Assembly: GCA_025830695.1 (NCBI GenBank)
Contig: GCA_025830695.1_4111.1
Reading direction: 5' to 3' (one strand)
DNA length: 64,000 bases
Source of the DNA: a phage
Part shown: piece after piece, positions 1 to 18,094 of the stretch
Numbering within the stretch: the first letter of the stretch is position 1
How the letters are laid out: each line of letters starts with the position of its first letter
Position numbers and translations under genes: made by a program
The notes under the pieces: generated by a model
Told to the model about the DNA's origin: nothing
The model's input: the letters and a program-made list of their open reading frames with translations, nothing else
Database searches by the model: none

Positions 1-1
1 G

Positions 2-475
2 TTTGCTGAAAACAATCTAATGGAAGGTAATGCTAAGATTATCCGTCTAATCTGTCGTGATGAAAACCTACACCTAGCAGCAACCCAAATGATTCTACGT
101 CTTCTGAAAAAAGAAGATCCAGATATGGTAAAAATAGCAGAAGAGTGTTATGATGAAGTACTGGAAATGTTTATGTCTGCTATCCGTCAAGAAGAAGCTT
201 GGGCAGACTTCCTCTTTAAAGATGGTTCAATCATTGGGCTGAATGCAGAAATCCTAAAACAATATGTTCGTTGGATTGGTTCTAAGCGTATGACTGCACT
301 AGGAATTAAATGTCCATATACCGTATCTAAGAGTAACCCACTACCTTGGACTGAGCATTGGGTTAGTGGTGGTTCAGTACAAGTTGCACCACAAGAAACT
401 GAAATAAGTTCTTATATCATTGGTGGTATTGTGAATGATATCCAAGTAGATACATTCACACCATTCAAACTATAA
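2..475 (+). CDS. nrdB: ribonucleotide reductase beta subunit (NrdB), C-terminal part; 5' end lies upstream of the window
   Basis: C-terminus NPLPWTEHW...VQVAPQETEISSYIIG matches the class Ia NrdB C-terminal tail; in-frame ORF runs to the window edge. Confidence 0.85.
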   Translation, partial: FAENNLMEGNAKIIRLICRDENLHLAATQMILRLLKKEDPDMVKIAEECYDEVLEMFMSAIRQEEAWADFLFKDGSIIGLNAEILKQYVRWIGSKRMTALGIKCPYTVSKSNPLPWTEHWVSGGSVQVAPQETEISSYIIGGIVNDIQVDTFTPFKL

Positions 476-650
476 ATTCTAACTAACAGGGATTCTATGA
501 ATCCCTTTTCTTATGGGTATAATATATGAAAGATATTTTTACAATAGATGCTAACGTTATATATGATTTTTATCTTACTGGTGGTGTAAAGGTAACGGGT
601 ACTGTGATTGATGTTTGTGATAATGGTATAATCTTAAGTGATGGCACTAG

Positions 651-3565
<2,915 letters not shown>

Positions 3566-3650
3566 TGTTAATCTCCAATCTTATTGTTATTTTTATAAAG
3601 TATTTACCCAATTTTACGTTTTACATAGTTTATATGGAGAAAGAAGTAAT

Positions 3651-4953
<1,303 letters not shown>

Positions 4954-4959
4954 CTTGAA

Positions 4960-6324
4960 ATGTATAAATCAGTCGAGGGAATGATGAGTAAAATTAAGCT
5001 TACGGATAAGCAACAAGAAATCTTTGATGATTTTATAGATCGTGTTTACAACTATGCAGGTAAAACAATTTCAGTTTTATCTGCACCAGCAGGAACTGGA
5101 AAAACATTCACTACTGCTGAGATTGTAAAAGCACTATGTAAAAATTATAATATTGCAGTAACTTCACCTACACATAAAGCCAATGCTGTTATTCGTAATA
5201 TGCTAATTAATAATGCTGGTCTTACTAAGGAAGATGCACAAGTCAGTACTATACACTCTTTTTTAGGATTAAAATTAGTATATGAAAAGAATCGTCAAGT
5301 ACTGAAGCATGATCCACAAAGTAAAGTTAGTAATACTAACGTTGACATTCTTATTGTTGATGAGTGTAGTATGATTTCAGATGAACTATTCCAGCACATA
5401 CAAGACCAATTGTGGCGTGTCCGTCGAGCAGTTTTATTCATTGGTGATCGTTGTCAATTGCCTCCAGTTGAGTCAGAAGGAACAATGGGCGAGACTAAAT
5501 TGTCTCCTACGTTTGATGTACCTGTTCAATATGAGTTAACTGAGGTTTTACGACAAGCATTAGATAATCCGATTCTGGCAGTTGCAACTGCTATTCGTGA
5601 GTGTATTGGAACTAGTAAAAATCCATTTGATATTATGCACCAAACATATGGTTTAAGCACTATTACACCTATTGATGATGAAGATTTGTTTTTGAATGTT
5701 TATCGTGAATTCATTATGGAAAACAAGGGGTCATCTAAAAAAATATTTGATTTCGTAAATGAAAATAAAATCTTAGCATATACTAACTATAGAGTTAATT
5801 TGGCTAATATCTACATTAGAAGTCAACTATTTGAAGTACCAGATGAATTTACTAAAGGTGAGCCAATTGTTTTTGAAAGCATAACTGAGAATAGTCCATA
5901 TGTAGTACAACAAATTATACAATGTCCTGAAGTAAAACGTGAAAGTTTCATGGGAATAGATTGTTGGCAATTCCGTTTACCTAATGGTAGTTATATTTTA
6001 GGTGTAGGACCAGAAACAAGAATTGCAATGGACGAAAAACTTGATAAACTTGTTAAGGATATTGAGAAAAAAGAAATAAATCCATTGACAAAGAAACCAT
6101 ATATGTGGCAGGATTACTATGTAATTAAGAACAAATTACATATCATCAATTATCCTTATGCAACCACTGTTCATAAATCACAAGGAAGTACTTTTGATAA
6201 CATTTGGTTTGATACTGATTTTATTGAACGTATTGGTACAAATGATACTAAGTGTAGAATTTTATACACTGCCATGACACGCCCACGCTATAGTGTTATG
6301 TTGAGGCAAAATGCACGATTCTAA
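4960..6324 (+). CDS. dda: Dda-like SF1 DNA helicase
   Basis: Walker A APAGTGKT, DECSM (Walker B) and C-terminal TVHKSQGSTF...TAMTR motifs. Confidence 0.85.
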   Translation: MYKSVEGMMSKIKLTDKQQEIFDDFIDRVYNYAGKTISVLSAPAGTGKTFTTAEIVKALCKNYNIAVTSPTHKANAVIRNMLINNAGLTKEDAQVSTIHSFLGLKLVYEKNRQVLKHDPQSKVSNTNVDILIVDECSMISDELFQHIQDQLWRVRRAVLFIGDRCQLPPVESEGTMGETKLSPTFDVPVQYELTEVLRQALDNPILAVATAIRECIGTSKNPFDIMHQTYGLSTITPIDDEDLFLNVYREFIMENKGSSKKIFDFVNENKILAYTNYRVNLANIYIRSQLFEVPDEFTKGEPIVFESITENSPYVVQQIIQCPEVKRESFMGIDCWQFRLPNGSYILGVGPETRIAMDEKLDKLVKDIEKKEINPLTKKPYMWQDYYVIKNKLHIINYPYATTVHKSQGSTFDNIWFDTDFIERIGTNDTKCRILYTAMTRPRYSVMLRQNARF

Positions 6325-6407
6325 AAGACTAAATGTTATACGTAAATATTTTTGATTTTTAATAATAAATAATCAAAAGTGTTTTGTATTATGGAGAAGA
6401 ATATACA

Positions 6408-6974
6408 ATGAACAATTTACTACAAGTATTTAAAATTGAAGTTGCAGGGACGAACCTAGATAATATCCCATATTATATGTATGGTGATTATGATTCATCT
6501 TCCCCAACAACCGCACCGACTGACCAGCAAACTATTGATAAGTCAATTGCACTTTTGCGTTACCTACAACTTTCTCGTTTGCTTTCAACTTATTCAGTAC
6601 CAGTTTATAGCAATGTTGAATTTGCTACACCAGGAACTGCAAAAACGATTCCAACTGGTGCAACAATCACCGTTGGATATATTAGTTATCAACCTTTTCT
6701 TAGTACTTTGAGTGTTGAAGAACAAGCAGCACTAACTACTGAAGATATGAAAACAGCAAAAGCTGCTGAGATTATCCAAACACTAATCAATGATTCATTG
6801 AAAGGTAATGGCACTAATGCACTAGAAAATGAAGAAATTACTGTACAAAAAACCATACAACGTATCAAGAATGCTCTTACTACGAGTACTGTTGATTTCA
6901 TTGAGTATGAGAACGTGTATCTTAATGTTCCTTCTGTTTCTGATGCATCTGTAGTATCTTACGTTAAATTATAA
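6408..6974 (+). CDS. hypothetical protein
   Basis: ORF in track (6384..6974); ATG 6408 has a GGAGAAG RBS. Confidence 0.5.
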   Translation: MNNLLQVFKIEVAGTNLDNIPYYMYGDYDSSSPTTAPTDQQTIDKSIALLRYLQLSRLLSTYSVPVYSNVEFATPGTAKTIPTGATITVGYISYQPFLSTLSVEEQAALTTEDMKTAKAAEIIQTLINDSLKGNGTNALENEEITVQKTIQRIKNALTTSTVDFIEYENVYLNVPSVSDASVVSYVKL

Positions 6975-6997
6975 TTTTATAACATGGAGTTCTTGAC

Positions 6998-7192
6998 ATG
7001 ACTGACAAAACATTTTATGATCGTATTATTGAAGACAAGGGAGTTTTTGATAAGGTAGTTTATGACCTAGAACTTATGATCAAAGACGCACCGAACCCCC
7101 GTGTGCGAACCCAAGCAGAATTTGCAAAAACTTATCTTGTTCAAGTTCAAGCAATCTGTGAAGCAATTAAAAAACACAATGATAGTGCTTGA
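6998..7192 (+). CDS. hypothetical protein
   Basis: 64-aa ORF. Confidence 0.4.
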   Translation: MTDKTFYDRIIEDKGVFDKVVYDLELMIKDAPNPRVRTQAEFAKTYLVQVQAICEAIKKHNDSA

Positions 7193-7217
7193 CAGAACTA
7201 ATGTTCTATCCTATAAT
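7189..7217 (+). promoter_or_regulatory. sigma-70-like promoter (TTGACA-17-TATAAT)
   Basis: perfect consensus hexamers with 17-nt spacer. Confidence 0.65.
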
Positions 7218-7261
7218 TACTATCGAACAAAACATTAAAATCATATTGGAGCTTTTATTAC

Positions 7262-8324
<1,063 letters not shown>

Positions 8325-8335
8325 AATATAGACTT

Positions 8336-10501
<2,166 letters not shown>

Positions 10502-10502
<1 letters not shown>

Positions 10503-11293
10503 TGCCAAGTAAGAGTAAAAGTCAGGCTAAATTCTTCGCAGCCGCCGCACACAATCCAGAATTTGCAAAGAAAGCTGGAATTTCACAAAGTGCTGCTAAA
10601 GAATGGAATGCCGCTGATGAAAAGGAAGGAAATCTTAAAAAAAGTTCTAAACTTCCTAATAAAGTAAAAGAAGCAAGTATGCGTAGTTTAGTCGATATTG
10701 TACAAGATGCAGAATTAGCTGATACAGACGACAGAACTTGTGATATAATGGATTCATGTGAAGACGACAAAGATAAGTTGGATGAAATGCCACAACGTTT
10801 CGATAGTTTTCAAGGTCAAGACCGAGACGAGTTTGTCGATAAAACTGCCGAAATGACAGGTAAGCACAACATGGTTAAGTTCGCAGAACATAAAGACTAT
10901 GATGTATATATGAACAAAAACGGTACTGGATTTATCGCTTACGATAAGTCTGGTAAACAGCTTGCTATAGTTAGTGGGCATTTATCCAATGATGCAGTAC
11001 TTGGTGTTCAAAACGTTTTTGAAATTGCCGCAACTGCTTCTAAAACTGGAACTAAAGGTATAATTTATAATATCTTTATGGATATGATATCACATGGTAT
11101 TAAAGTTCTGAGTGATAGTCTGCATACTGATGATGCGATTAAATTCTGGACCCGTTTAATTGGTTCCCATCAAGTTTATATTGTTGGTGGCGGTGAAGTA
11201 CTTGCAAAGGCGAGTCCAGATAAGGTTCATAAGTACTGGAGTGATGATGAATCAAGTCCAAGTGCCGAACTTCAACTTATGTTAGTAAAATAA
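10502..11293 (+). CDS. hypothetical protein
   Basis: 263-aa ORF; N-terminus MPSKSKSQAKFFAAAAH. Confidence 0.5.
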
Positions 11294-11296
11294 TAA

Positions 11297-11332
11297 TATA
11301 TCGGGACAAATCGTTCCGATATTTTTTTTTTT
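11297..11332 (+). terminator. rho-independent terminator
   Basis: TATCGGGAC/GTTCCGATA hairpin followed by T11. Confidence 0.7.
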
Positions 11333-11394
11333 GAGACAAACAAAACATTGGTGATACAATGTTTTATGACAAAGAGACATGATAAGGAATTCAA

Positions 11395-13359
11395 ATGGCT
11401 AAGAAAGAAAGTGCTGTTCTACAGGAACATGATGTTCAACGACTAAATGATTATCAACATGCTCGTTTGCGTACCGAGATGTATCTTGGTTCTCGTTCAG
11501 TGCATGAAAGTCAAGTACTGATTTTTGGCGAATCAGGTTATGAGGTTAAGAACGTAGAATGGGTTCCTGCAATTCTTACTGCTACACGTGAAATTATTGA
11601 TAACAGCTTAGATGAATTTAAAAAAGCTGGAACCAAAGAACCTGTTTTGAAAGTTGATTTCAATGAAGAAGAACTATCATTTGAAATTAGTGACAATGGA
11701 CGTGGTATTCCAATTGATTATGTTCCAGAGTATCAGAAAAACTTGTGTACTATGGTAATGACTGAAACAAAAACAGGCCGTAACTTTGACGATTCAAAAC
11801 GTGATGAAACGATTGGTCAGAATGGTTTAGGTGGTTCTGTTGCAATGATTGTCAGTTCTAAGGCAGAGTTAGAAATTCATCGCCAAGGTCGTCCGTATAA
11901 AACACAAAGTAGTAATGATGGTTATGATGGGTTTTATAAGTTCAATCAGAAGTTTGAGGAAGGAACTATTATGTTCCCTGAGCTTCATGTACACGAACCT
12001 ACTATTAGAAAGGTACAAACCGATAAAACTGGAACAACAATTCGTTTTACTTTGAGTAAAGAAGTTTTTCCAAACAGAAAACTACCAACCGAATTACTTT
12101 ATAGTATTCTTAAAGAAATGGCAGCAGCTAACCCAACTTATAAAATCTTTCTGAACGGGAAACGTATTGCTATTAAAGGAAACACTGAAAAAGCACTCTT
12201 CAATGCATCTAAATTAATGCAGTTGAATGTTAAAGATGATTCATTCAATTTTAACAGTACTTTTTATATTGTTCCTAATGCAGTAGCTGGCATGAACACG
12301 AATTTCCATATGCATGGGTTGGTTAACAATGCTCCTGCATTTGATGGTGGTACACATCTTGATACATTCAAGAAATTCTTCTCACTCGGTGTAGGAACTG
12401 CACTAGAGAAAGAATCTAAGAAACGTAGGATGAAACCTAATCGTTCTGATATTGAAGAAGGTTTGTTGATTTATAATGTCACAACTATGAAAGCACCTTC
12501 ATTCAACTCACAGATTAAATCTAAACTAACTAATGAAAACGTAATCCGTCCAATTCAACAAGCTATGAATACCGAATGGTTTGATGAATTAGTTAAGAAG
12601 AACAAAGAATGGGTTGATGAAATCTTCGAACGTTGTGCTGCCCGTACAAATAAGAAAGATGCAGAAGAAGATCGTCGCCTAGCAAAGAAACTTCTAAAAG
12701 GTAAAGTTGCAAAACTATTGGATAGTACTGGAACAGACCGTTCACAGTGTATTCTATTGATTGCAGAAGGTGACTCTGCAATTTCCAACATGGCTAGTGC
12801 TCGTATACCAAGTATTCATGGTATTCTACCATTGCGTGGGAAAATTATGAACGTCAGTGGTACTGAGAAAACCAAAGAATTAATGGATTCAATGGCTTTA
12901 CATGATATAATGGCTAGTATCAACTTAGTTCCAGGTGTTAAAGCAGAACGTTCTGAACTAAACTATGGCAAGCTTTACATCTGTGCTGATGAAGATGAAG
13001 ATGGGAAGAACATTGGTGCTCTAGTGTGTAACTTCTTATTTAAATTCTGGCCTGAATTGTTTCAAGACCCAGAAAATCCATTTGTGTATGTATTCAAAAC
13101 ACCATTTATCATTCTTGAGAAAGGTAAAGAATCAAAATACTACTATGGTCATAATGTGCATGAATATAACCCAGATGATTGGAAAGGCTGGAAAGCAACG
13201 CGTGCAAAAGGTTTAGGAACTTTAGAAAAAGCAAACTTCCGTGATGCATTCACTAATAGTGTTGCAGTAGCGATCACCGATGATGGCCGTCTTGGTGAAA
13301 CTCTTGATTTGATTTTCAACAAGAAACGTGCAGATGATCGTAAGAACTGGATGGAATAA
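11395..13359 (+). CDS. DNA topoisomerase II large subunit (gp39-like, GyrB-type ATPase + TOPRIM)
   Basis: GHKL ATPase N-terminus and TOPRIM motif LLIAEGDSA; 654 aa, consistent with a fused gp39/gp60. Confidence 0.85.
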   Translation: MAKKESAVLQEHDVQRLNDYQHARLRTEMYLGSRSVHESQVLIFGESGYEVKNVEWVPAILTATREIIDNSLDEFKKAGTKEPVLKVDFNEEELSFEISDNGRGIPIDYVPEYQKNLCTMVMTETKTGRNFDDSKRDETIGQNGLGGSVAMIVSSKAELEIHRQGRPYKTQSSNDGYDGFYKFNQKFEEGTIMFPELHVHEPTIRKVQTDKTGTTIRFTLSKEVFPNRKLPTELLYSILKEMAAANPTYKIFLNGKRIAIKGNTEKALFNASKLMQLNVKDDSFNFNSTFYIVPNAVAGMNTNFHMHGLVNNAPAFDGGTHLDTFKKFFSLGVGTALEKESKKRRMKPNRSDIEEGLLIYNVTTMKAPSFNSQIKSKLTNENVIRPIQQAMNTEWFDELVKKNKEWVDEIFERCAARTNKKDAEEDRRLAKKLLKGKVAKLLDSTGTDRSQCILLIAEGDSAISNMASARIPSIHGILPLRGKIMNVSGTEKTKELMDSMALHDIMASINLVPGVKAERSELNYGKLYICADEDEDGKNIGALVCNFLFKFWPELFQDPENPFVYVFKTPFIILEKGKESKYYYGHNVHEYNPDDWKGWKATRAKGLGTLEKANFRDAFTNSVAVAITDDGRLGETLDLIFNKKRADDRKNWME

Positions 13360-13370
13360 TATAGACTAAT

Positions 13371-13393
13371 GGGGAACATGGTGTTCCCCTTTT
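13371..13393 (+). terminator. rho-independent terminator
   Basis: GGGGAACA/TGTTCCCC hairpin + TTTT. Confidence 0.65.
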
Positions 13394-13409
13394 ACCAAGA
13401 GACAATGGA

Positions 13410-14822
13410 ATGGCTAAAAGTAAAAAAACAGAAAATCATAATATCGATAACCAAACACTAACTCTACTAGATTATAACAGTTCTGATTATGTGAATACAA
13501 CATCACTAGAATATTCGATGTATACACTAGACCGTGCTATTCCTGGAATTGATGGTCTAAAGAGTTCACAACGTAAAGCAATCTTCACATTATCTAAAAT
13601 TAGTGGGGAAATTAAAACAGTATCATGTGCTGGAAAAATGATTAGTGATGGTATCTATCTTCATGGGGACACGTCAGCATCGGGAACACTTCAAAATCTA
13701 GCATCTCCAGTAGCTAACAACTATCCTCTTATTGGAAAACGTGGTGGTTTTGGTACACAAGTAAACAGTACACCAGCATCTGCTCGTTACACTTATGTTA
13801 AAAAGAATAAGAGTACTGAGATGCTTGTTTTGCGTGATGCTGATATTATACCAATGAAAGAGAACTATGACGGGACAACATATGAACCTGTTCATTTCTT
13901 GCCTATTATTCCATTATCATTGTTTGGTAATGATAGTATGTCAGTTGGTTATAAGAGTACAATTCTACCACATAAAATTGAAGATATTATTGATAATTGC
14001 ATTCGTGCTATTGATAAAAAACCACTAAAAGAAATGACCCCATATTATGTTTCATGTGGTGCAAGTGATGTTGTGACTAAGCTTGATGAAAATAAGTATG
14101 AATTCTATGGTAAAGCTGAGGTTATTGATGCAAGCACTGTTAAAGTAACAGGCTTACCACCTAATTACAGTATTGAGAAATTCATCGAAAAACTAATCAA
14201 AATGAGTGATGATGGTGAGATTCGTGATTATGACAATGATAGTACTGATGTAATTGATATTACCATTAAACTTCCACGTGGAACGTCAGCTAAATGGACA
14301 GAGATGGATGTTATTGAGTATTTTGGCATTAACAAAAAAATGACTCAACATTTAACTGTTCTAGGTGAAAATGGCAAAGTGAAAGTTTACGATACTACGA
14401 TGGATTTGATTAAAGACTTCGTTGATTTCCGTTTCAAATATTACATCAAGCGTTATGAAAAGAAACTTGATGATTGTGCTGCTGAAGTTCGTTATAAAAT
14501 TCTAATTAAAGAATGTTTCGATAATGATATGATTGCTAAGGTAAAAGGATTTGCAAACCGTGCTGAAATGGTTGAATTCGTTAAATCGTTAAATACCGAA
14601 ATTGAAGCGACGGAAGAGAATATTCAAAGCATTGTAAACTTCCCTTCATATCGCTGGACGCAAGATAATTATCAATCAGTACTACAAGATATTCAAGATA
14701 ATCTTGATTTGATGGATAAGTACAATGAACTGTTATCTAATCATGACTTAATTTGGGACATTTATAAATCTGAACTAAAAGAACTAAGAAAGATTGACTT
14801 TACTCCTAAATCAGACAATTGA
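13410..14822 (+). CDS. DNA topoisomerase II medium subunit (gp52-like, GyrA-type)
   Basis: YSMYTLDRAIPGIDGLKSSQRK matches the GyrA/ParC N-terminal signature. Confidence 0.85.
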   Translation: MAKSKKTENHNIDNQTLTLLDYNSSDYVNTTSLEYSMYTLDRAIPGIDGLKSSQRKAIFTLSKISGEIKTVSCAGKMISDGIYLHGDTSASGTLQNLASPVANNYPLIGKRGGFGTQVNSTPASARYTYVKKNKSTEMLVLRDADIIPMKENYDGTTYEPVHFLPIIPLSLFGNDSMSVGYKSTILPHKIEDIIDNCIRAIDKKPLKEMTPYYVSCGASDVVTKLDENKYEFYGKAEVIDASTVKVTGLPPNYSIEKFIEKLIKMSDDGEIRDYDNDSTDVIDITIKLPRGTSAKWTEMDVIEYFGINKKMTQHLTVLGENGKVKVYDTTMDLIKDFVDFRFKYYIKRYEKKLDDCAAEVRYKILIKECFDNDMIAKVKGFANRAEMVEFVKSLNTEIEATEENIQSIVNFPSYRWTQDNYQSVLQDIQDNLDLMDKYNELLSNHDLIWDIYKSELKELRKIDFTPKSDN

Positions 14823-14832
14823 TATATTTAAT

Positions 14833-14861
14833 GGAAGACCTTATGGGTCTTCCTTGTCCTT
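14833..14861 (+). terminator. rho-independent terminator
   Basis: GGAAGACC-TTAT-GGGTCTTCC hairpin + T-rich. Confidence 0.6.
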
Positions 14862-14863
14862 TA

Positions 14864-14871
14864 TATAAATA
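14864..14871 (+). promoter_or_regulatory. T4-late-type promoter box TATAAATA
   Basis: exact TATAAATA octamer about 40 nt upstream of ATG 14910. Confidence 0.45.
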
Positions 14872-14909
14872 ATCTATAGATAATGGCAGCTTGGCTATGG
14901 AGAATTATA

Positions 14910-17303
14910 ATGACAACTTTTACCCCACGATGGGATATAAAAGCCGATGCTCGATATATACAAGAAGGACAAGACATTCTTGTGCGTTTGAGTATCAATA
15001 AAGAAAGCACAACGGATGATAGCTATGTATTAAATGAAGATGAATACTTAGAAATGATTCTTAACATACAATGCTTGGATAGTTCAGGTGCTGTATTTGA
15101 TCCAGAACCACATTATACTTTTTATGTTGGTAATGACGAAAATACTTTTGTTCCTATTTCAGATGGTACAACTGGTAATAAATTAGTAAATGGTAAGCAT
15201 AAGTGTAAAATCAGCAAAAATGAATTTAACTTATCTGCAAGTACTAATAGTGAAGATGTTTATTTTATAAAAATTCATTGTAAAAATGATGGAACCTATA
15301 ATAATACAGAAATTATAAATTTTTATTTACAAGCAGTAAATGTTATGTATTTTGGAAATATTTCACCAAGTGGTGTTCTAGGATTAACTGATACATCAAT
15401 AACATATGATAGTCAAGAAGTTTGGGTTACACCCGGAGTTGAGATTGGTGATGACAAAAAGCTTTATTGTATTGGTGATGTTGAGTATGGCTCCAACAGT
15501 ACATTGTTCGTTCAAGGATTTGGAAGAAGACGACCTTTCATTTTGGGTACTGACATGACTACTGATATTACACCTCGTGTCTTTTTTCCAGCATATCGTT
15601 TGATTGACATGGATATTTCTGAAGTTCCAGATAAACATATTACGAATGATTTCGCAGTATTCAAGCCAGCACAATCAACATGGCCTATTTCTGGTATAAA
15701 CAAAGAAGTAAAAGTTAATATTCAAAATAGAAATGGTAATTTAATTGACACTGGAATGGTGTTCAACCCAAATGGGCAATTATTGCAAACATTTTTATAT
15801 GACTCAGATGCTTGTGATGCATATTTTAAAGTTGAGATTGTTGATATATTAAGTACATACACCGAAGAAAGTGAAAGGTTTGCTATCAATCAACGATATA
15901 AAGCATATCAAATGTGGGTTTGTCCTGAAGACATAGATACTATATATTCTATTTCAGAAAAACCACTACCCAATCATTTATATCAATTAAAAGATAATGT
16001 TGTGTATCCATACGTAATTAGTGGTGAATACGATAATGGAACAATTAAGCCCGTTTATGATAGTAGTGATTGGATTGATTTAGGATATTATGACTCTACT
16101 CTTGGTGATAATATCATTGGTATGCAAAAAATGTTCAGGGTTTTGATAAACGCAGAAGAAGGTAATAATATAAACTTTATTACTGATAGTGATTTAGGAA
16201 CCATACATGTTGGTGAATATTTTGGAGACAGTATATATCCTAAAATTGAAACTGATAGCTCTAATCAAGTTTCGTATGTTTTAGATGGTGGTGATGACAT
16301 TAGAAAGTATGGGATAGATTTGACACCAGATGGATATCTTGTAGGAACTGCATATGCCAAAAGTATTGATTTTAGTGAAAATGATGATATTAAATTATCG
16401 TTTTATGTTAAAGCATTTAGTACTGAAGGTGGTGAAGCAAGAAAAATATTTAACCTTAAGATTGTAAGAGGATTCGGACAGAATTATTTGAGTGCACATG
16501 TATTACCTTCGGTTGCATTTGAGAGAGAATGGTTTAAATGTATAAGTACTTCATCATTCACTAATCAACTATTTTTCCGACAATCTGACAATAGATATGG
16601 TCTTCAGAAAATACCGAAGATGTTATTGAAAGAAAACTTCCTAAGTCAAACGTATCCATATACTAACCTTTCTGATATCAAGAAAGTATTGAGAAATAGT
16701 ATAATTAACCCAAATGGAACTACTATTCCAAATGGAAAATTTAAAATGGTAATGGGTAATTATAAAATAATATCAGCACTTGACAATCAAGGTAACTTAC
16801 AATATGATCTATTATATAGAGAGGTTTTACCTGAAGGTTCTTTAGTATCTGTATCCAAAAATCCACGTCAATATACTCAAATCGACAACGGTCAGCTTGG
16901 TGAATTATTTGGTTTACGACAAAATATTTTTCAGGCTATTGGTGAAGACACAACCAACTTAGTAAAAGACCCAACCGATTTACAAAATCGTGGTCTATAC
17001 GTTGATGCGATACCAAGTATCAGTGATGAAATGCTTGATACGGTTCCAAGATTTATGAATCACCCATACATTGAAGATGGTATACAGAAAAAATTCATGC
17101 CTATCATTCCAGTTGCATATTGTCAACCAGGCAAAGGTGAAGCATTTTTCAACACTTTACTTCAGAACAATGAACATGGTACAATGGTAGGTGTAGAGTT
17201 CGAAATCACATCGGTTGAATTCGGATACTTTTCGCATGAATCAGTGAATTATGTTTCAGATACATTTTTGATTACATTGCAAAACAATAACATAGGAGGT
17301 TAA
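14910..17303 (+). CDS. large hypothetical protein, possibly a late/virion protein
   Basis: ORF in track (14883..17303); ATG 14910 has a GGAG RBS; preceded by a late-type promoter. Confidence 0.55.
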   Translation: MTTFTPRWDIKADARYIQEGQDILVRLSINKESTTDDSYVLNEDEYLEMILNIQCLDSSGAVFDPEPHYTFYVGNDENTFVPISDGTTGNKLVNGKHKCKISKNEFNLSASTNSEDVYFIKIHCKNDGTYNNTEIINFYLQAVNVMYFGNISPSGVLGLTDTSITYDSQEVWVTPGVEIGDDKKLYCIGDVEYGSNSTLFVQGFGRRRPFILGTDMTTDITPRVFFPAYRLIDMDISEVPDKHITNDFAVFKPAQSTWPISGINKEVKVNIQNRNGNLIDTGMVFNPNGQLLQTFLYDSDACDAYFKVEIVDILSTYTEESERFAINQRYKAYQMWVCPEDIDTIYSISEKPLPNHLYQLKDNVVYPYVISGEYDNGTIKPVYDSSDWIDLGYYDSTLGDNIIGMQKMFRVLINAEEGNNINFITDSDLGTIHVGEYFGDSIYPKIETDSSNQVSYVLDGGDDIRKYGIDLTPDGYLVGTAYAKSIDFSENDDIKLSFYVKAFSTEGGEARKIFNLKIVRGFGQNYLSAHVLPSVAFEREWFKCISTSSFTNQLFFRQSDNRYGLQKIPKMLLKENFLSQTYPYTNLSDIKKVLRNSIINPNGTTIPNGKFKMVMGNYKIISALDNQGNLQYDLLYREVLPEGSLVSVSKNPRQYTQIDNGQLGELFGLRQNIFQAIGEDTTNLVKDPTDLQNRGLYVDAIPSISDEMLDTVPRFMNHPYIEDGIQKKFMPIIPVAYCQPGKGEAFFNTLLQNNEHGTMVGVEFEITSVEFGYFSHESVNYVSDTFLITLQNNNIGG

Positions 17304-17304
17304 T

Positions 17305-17616
17305 ATGTTTAATCCGTTTTTTGACCCGTCTGGAATGACGGAAAAAGAACTACAGTTAAAAATTAATGAACAGTCAATGCGTTTAACTTCTGCTCGTGCT
17401 GCTGGCCTAAGCGACATGATTATTGGTAATATGCAAACTGTCTTAAATCAATGTTATGCTGAACTAGAACTTCGCCAAGGACAAAAAGAAAAAACTGTTT
17501 ATGACGAAGAAGACCCATGTATCTTCGATATGGATTCATATCTAACTGACAACGAAGAGGCCCAGAAGAAGAAAAATGAAAGTACAAGGAAACAGATTTA
17601 TAAGTCCCAATGGTGA
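17305..17616 (+). CDS. hypothetical protein
   Basis: 103-aa ORF. Confidence 0.45.
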   Translation: MFNPFFDPSGMTEKELQLKINEQSMRLTSARAAGLSDMIIGNMQTVLNQCYAELELRQGQKEKTVYDEEDPCIFDMDSYLTDNEEAQKKKNESTRKQIYKSQW

Positions 17617-18094
17617 TGTGAAATGTAATCTTAACGCAGTTGTTTATGCAATCAATTGCGGTGCAGATATCCAGTACTTACAATTGCAGGAAATTGATGA
17701 ACCTGAAAGGTTGAAATTCAATGATAACTGTAAAAAATTTGGCTTAGAACAACGTATGCTGGATTATACAATTGAGCATGATAAAAATCATGAACTGTGG
17801 CGATATGATCCAGTATACGACAATATAAATCTGCGTGACTTTTTCTTACAAAAATGCACATCCGATGAAGCACGAAAACGTGTTGAGTATGAACTTGATT
17901 TATATGAATATTATAATATGACAAAGCTACTAAGATGTATGATATGGCTTGTTGATTATATGGAAGAAAATGAGATCTTTTGGGGTCTAGGTCGTGGAAG
18001 CTCTGTTGCATCATACTGTTTGTTTTTGATTGGACTACATATGGTAGATTCATTGAAGTACGAACTTGATGTTAACGAATTTTTGAAATGGTAG
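17576..18094 (+). CDS. DnaE (Pol III alpha)-like fragment protein
   Basis: C-terminal YELDLYEY...LLRCMIWLVDYM...GLGRGSSVASYCLFLIGLHMVDSLKYELDVNEFL parallels the DnaE segment ...FLIV.EFI.W....GPGRGSAAGSLVAY.LGITD.DPL.F.LLFERFL; the ORF stops before the catalytic aspartates. Confidence 0.5.
   Translation: MKVQGNRFISPNGDVKCNLNAVVYAINCGADIQYLQLQEIDEPERLKFNDNCKKFGLEQRMLDYTIEHDKNHELWRYDPVYDNINLRDFFLQKCTSDEARKRVEYELDLYEYYNMTKLLRCMIWLVDYMEENEIFWGLGRGSSVASYCLFLIGLHMVDSLKYELDVNEFLKW

Noticed and set aside
12555-12791. Minus-strand ORFs nested inside the topoisomerase large-subunit gene (also 12593..12781 and 13149..13379)
   Set aside because: Antisense to a confidently identified gene, no RBS, low-complexity translations; typical shadow ORFs.
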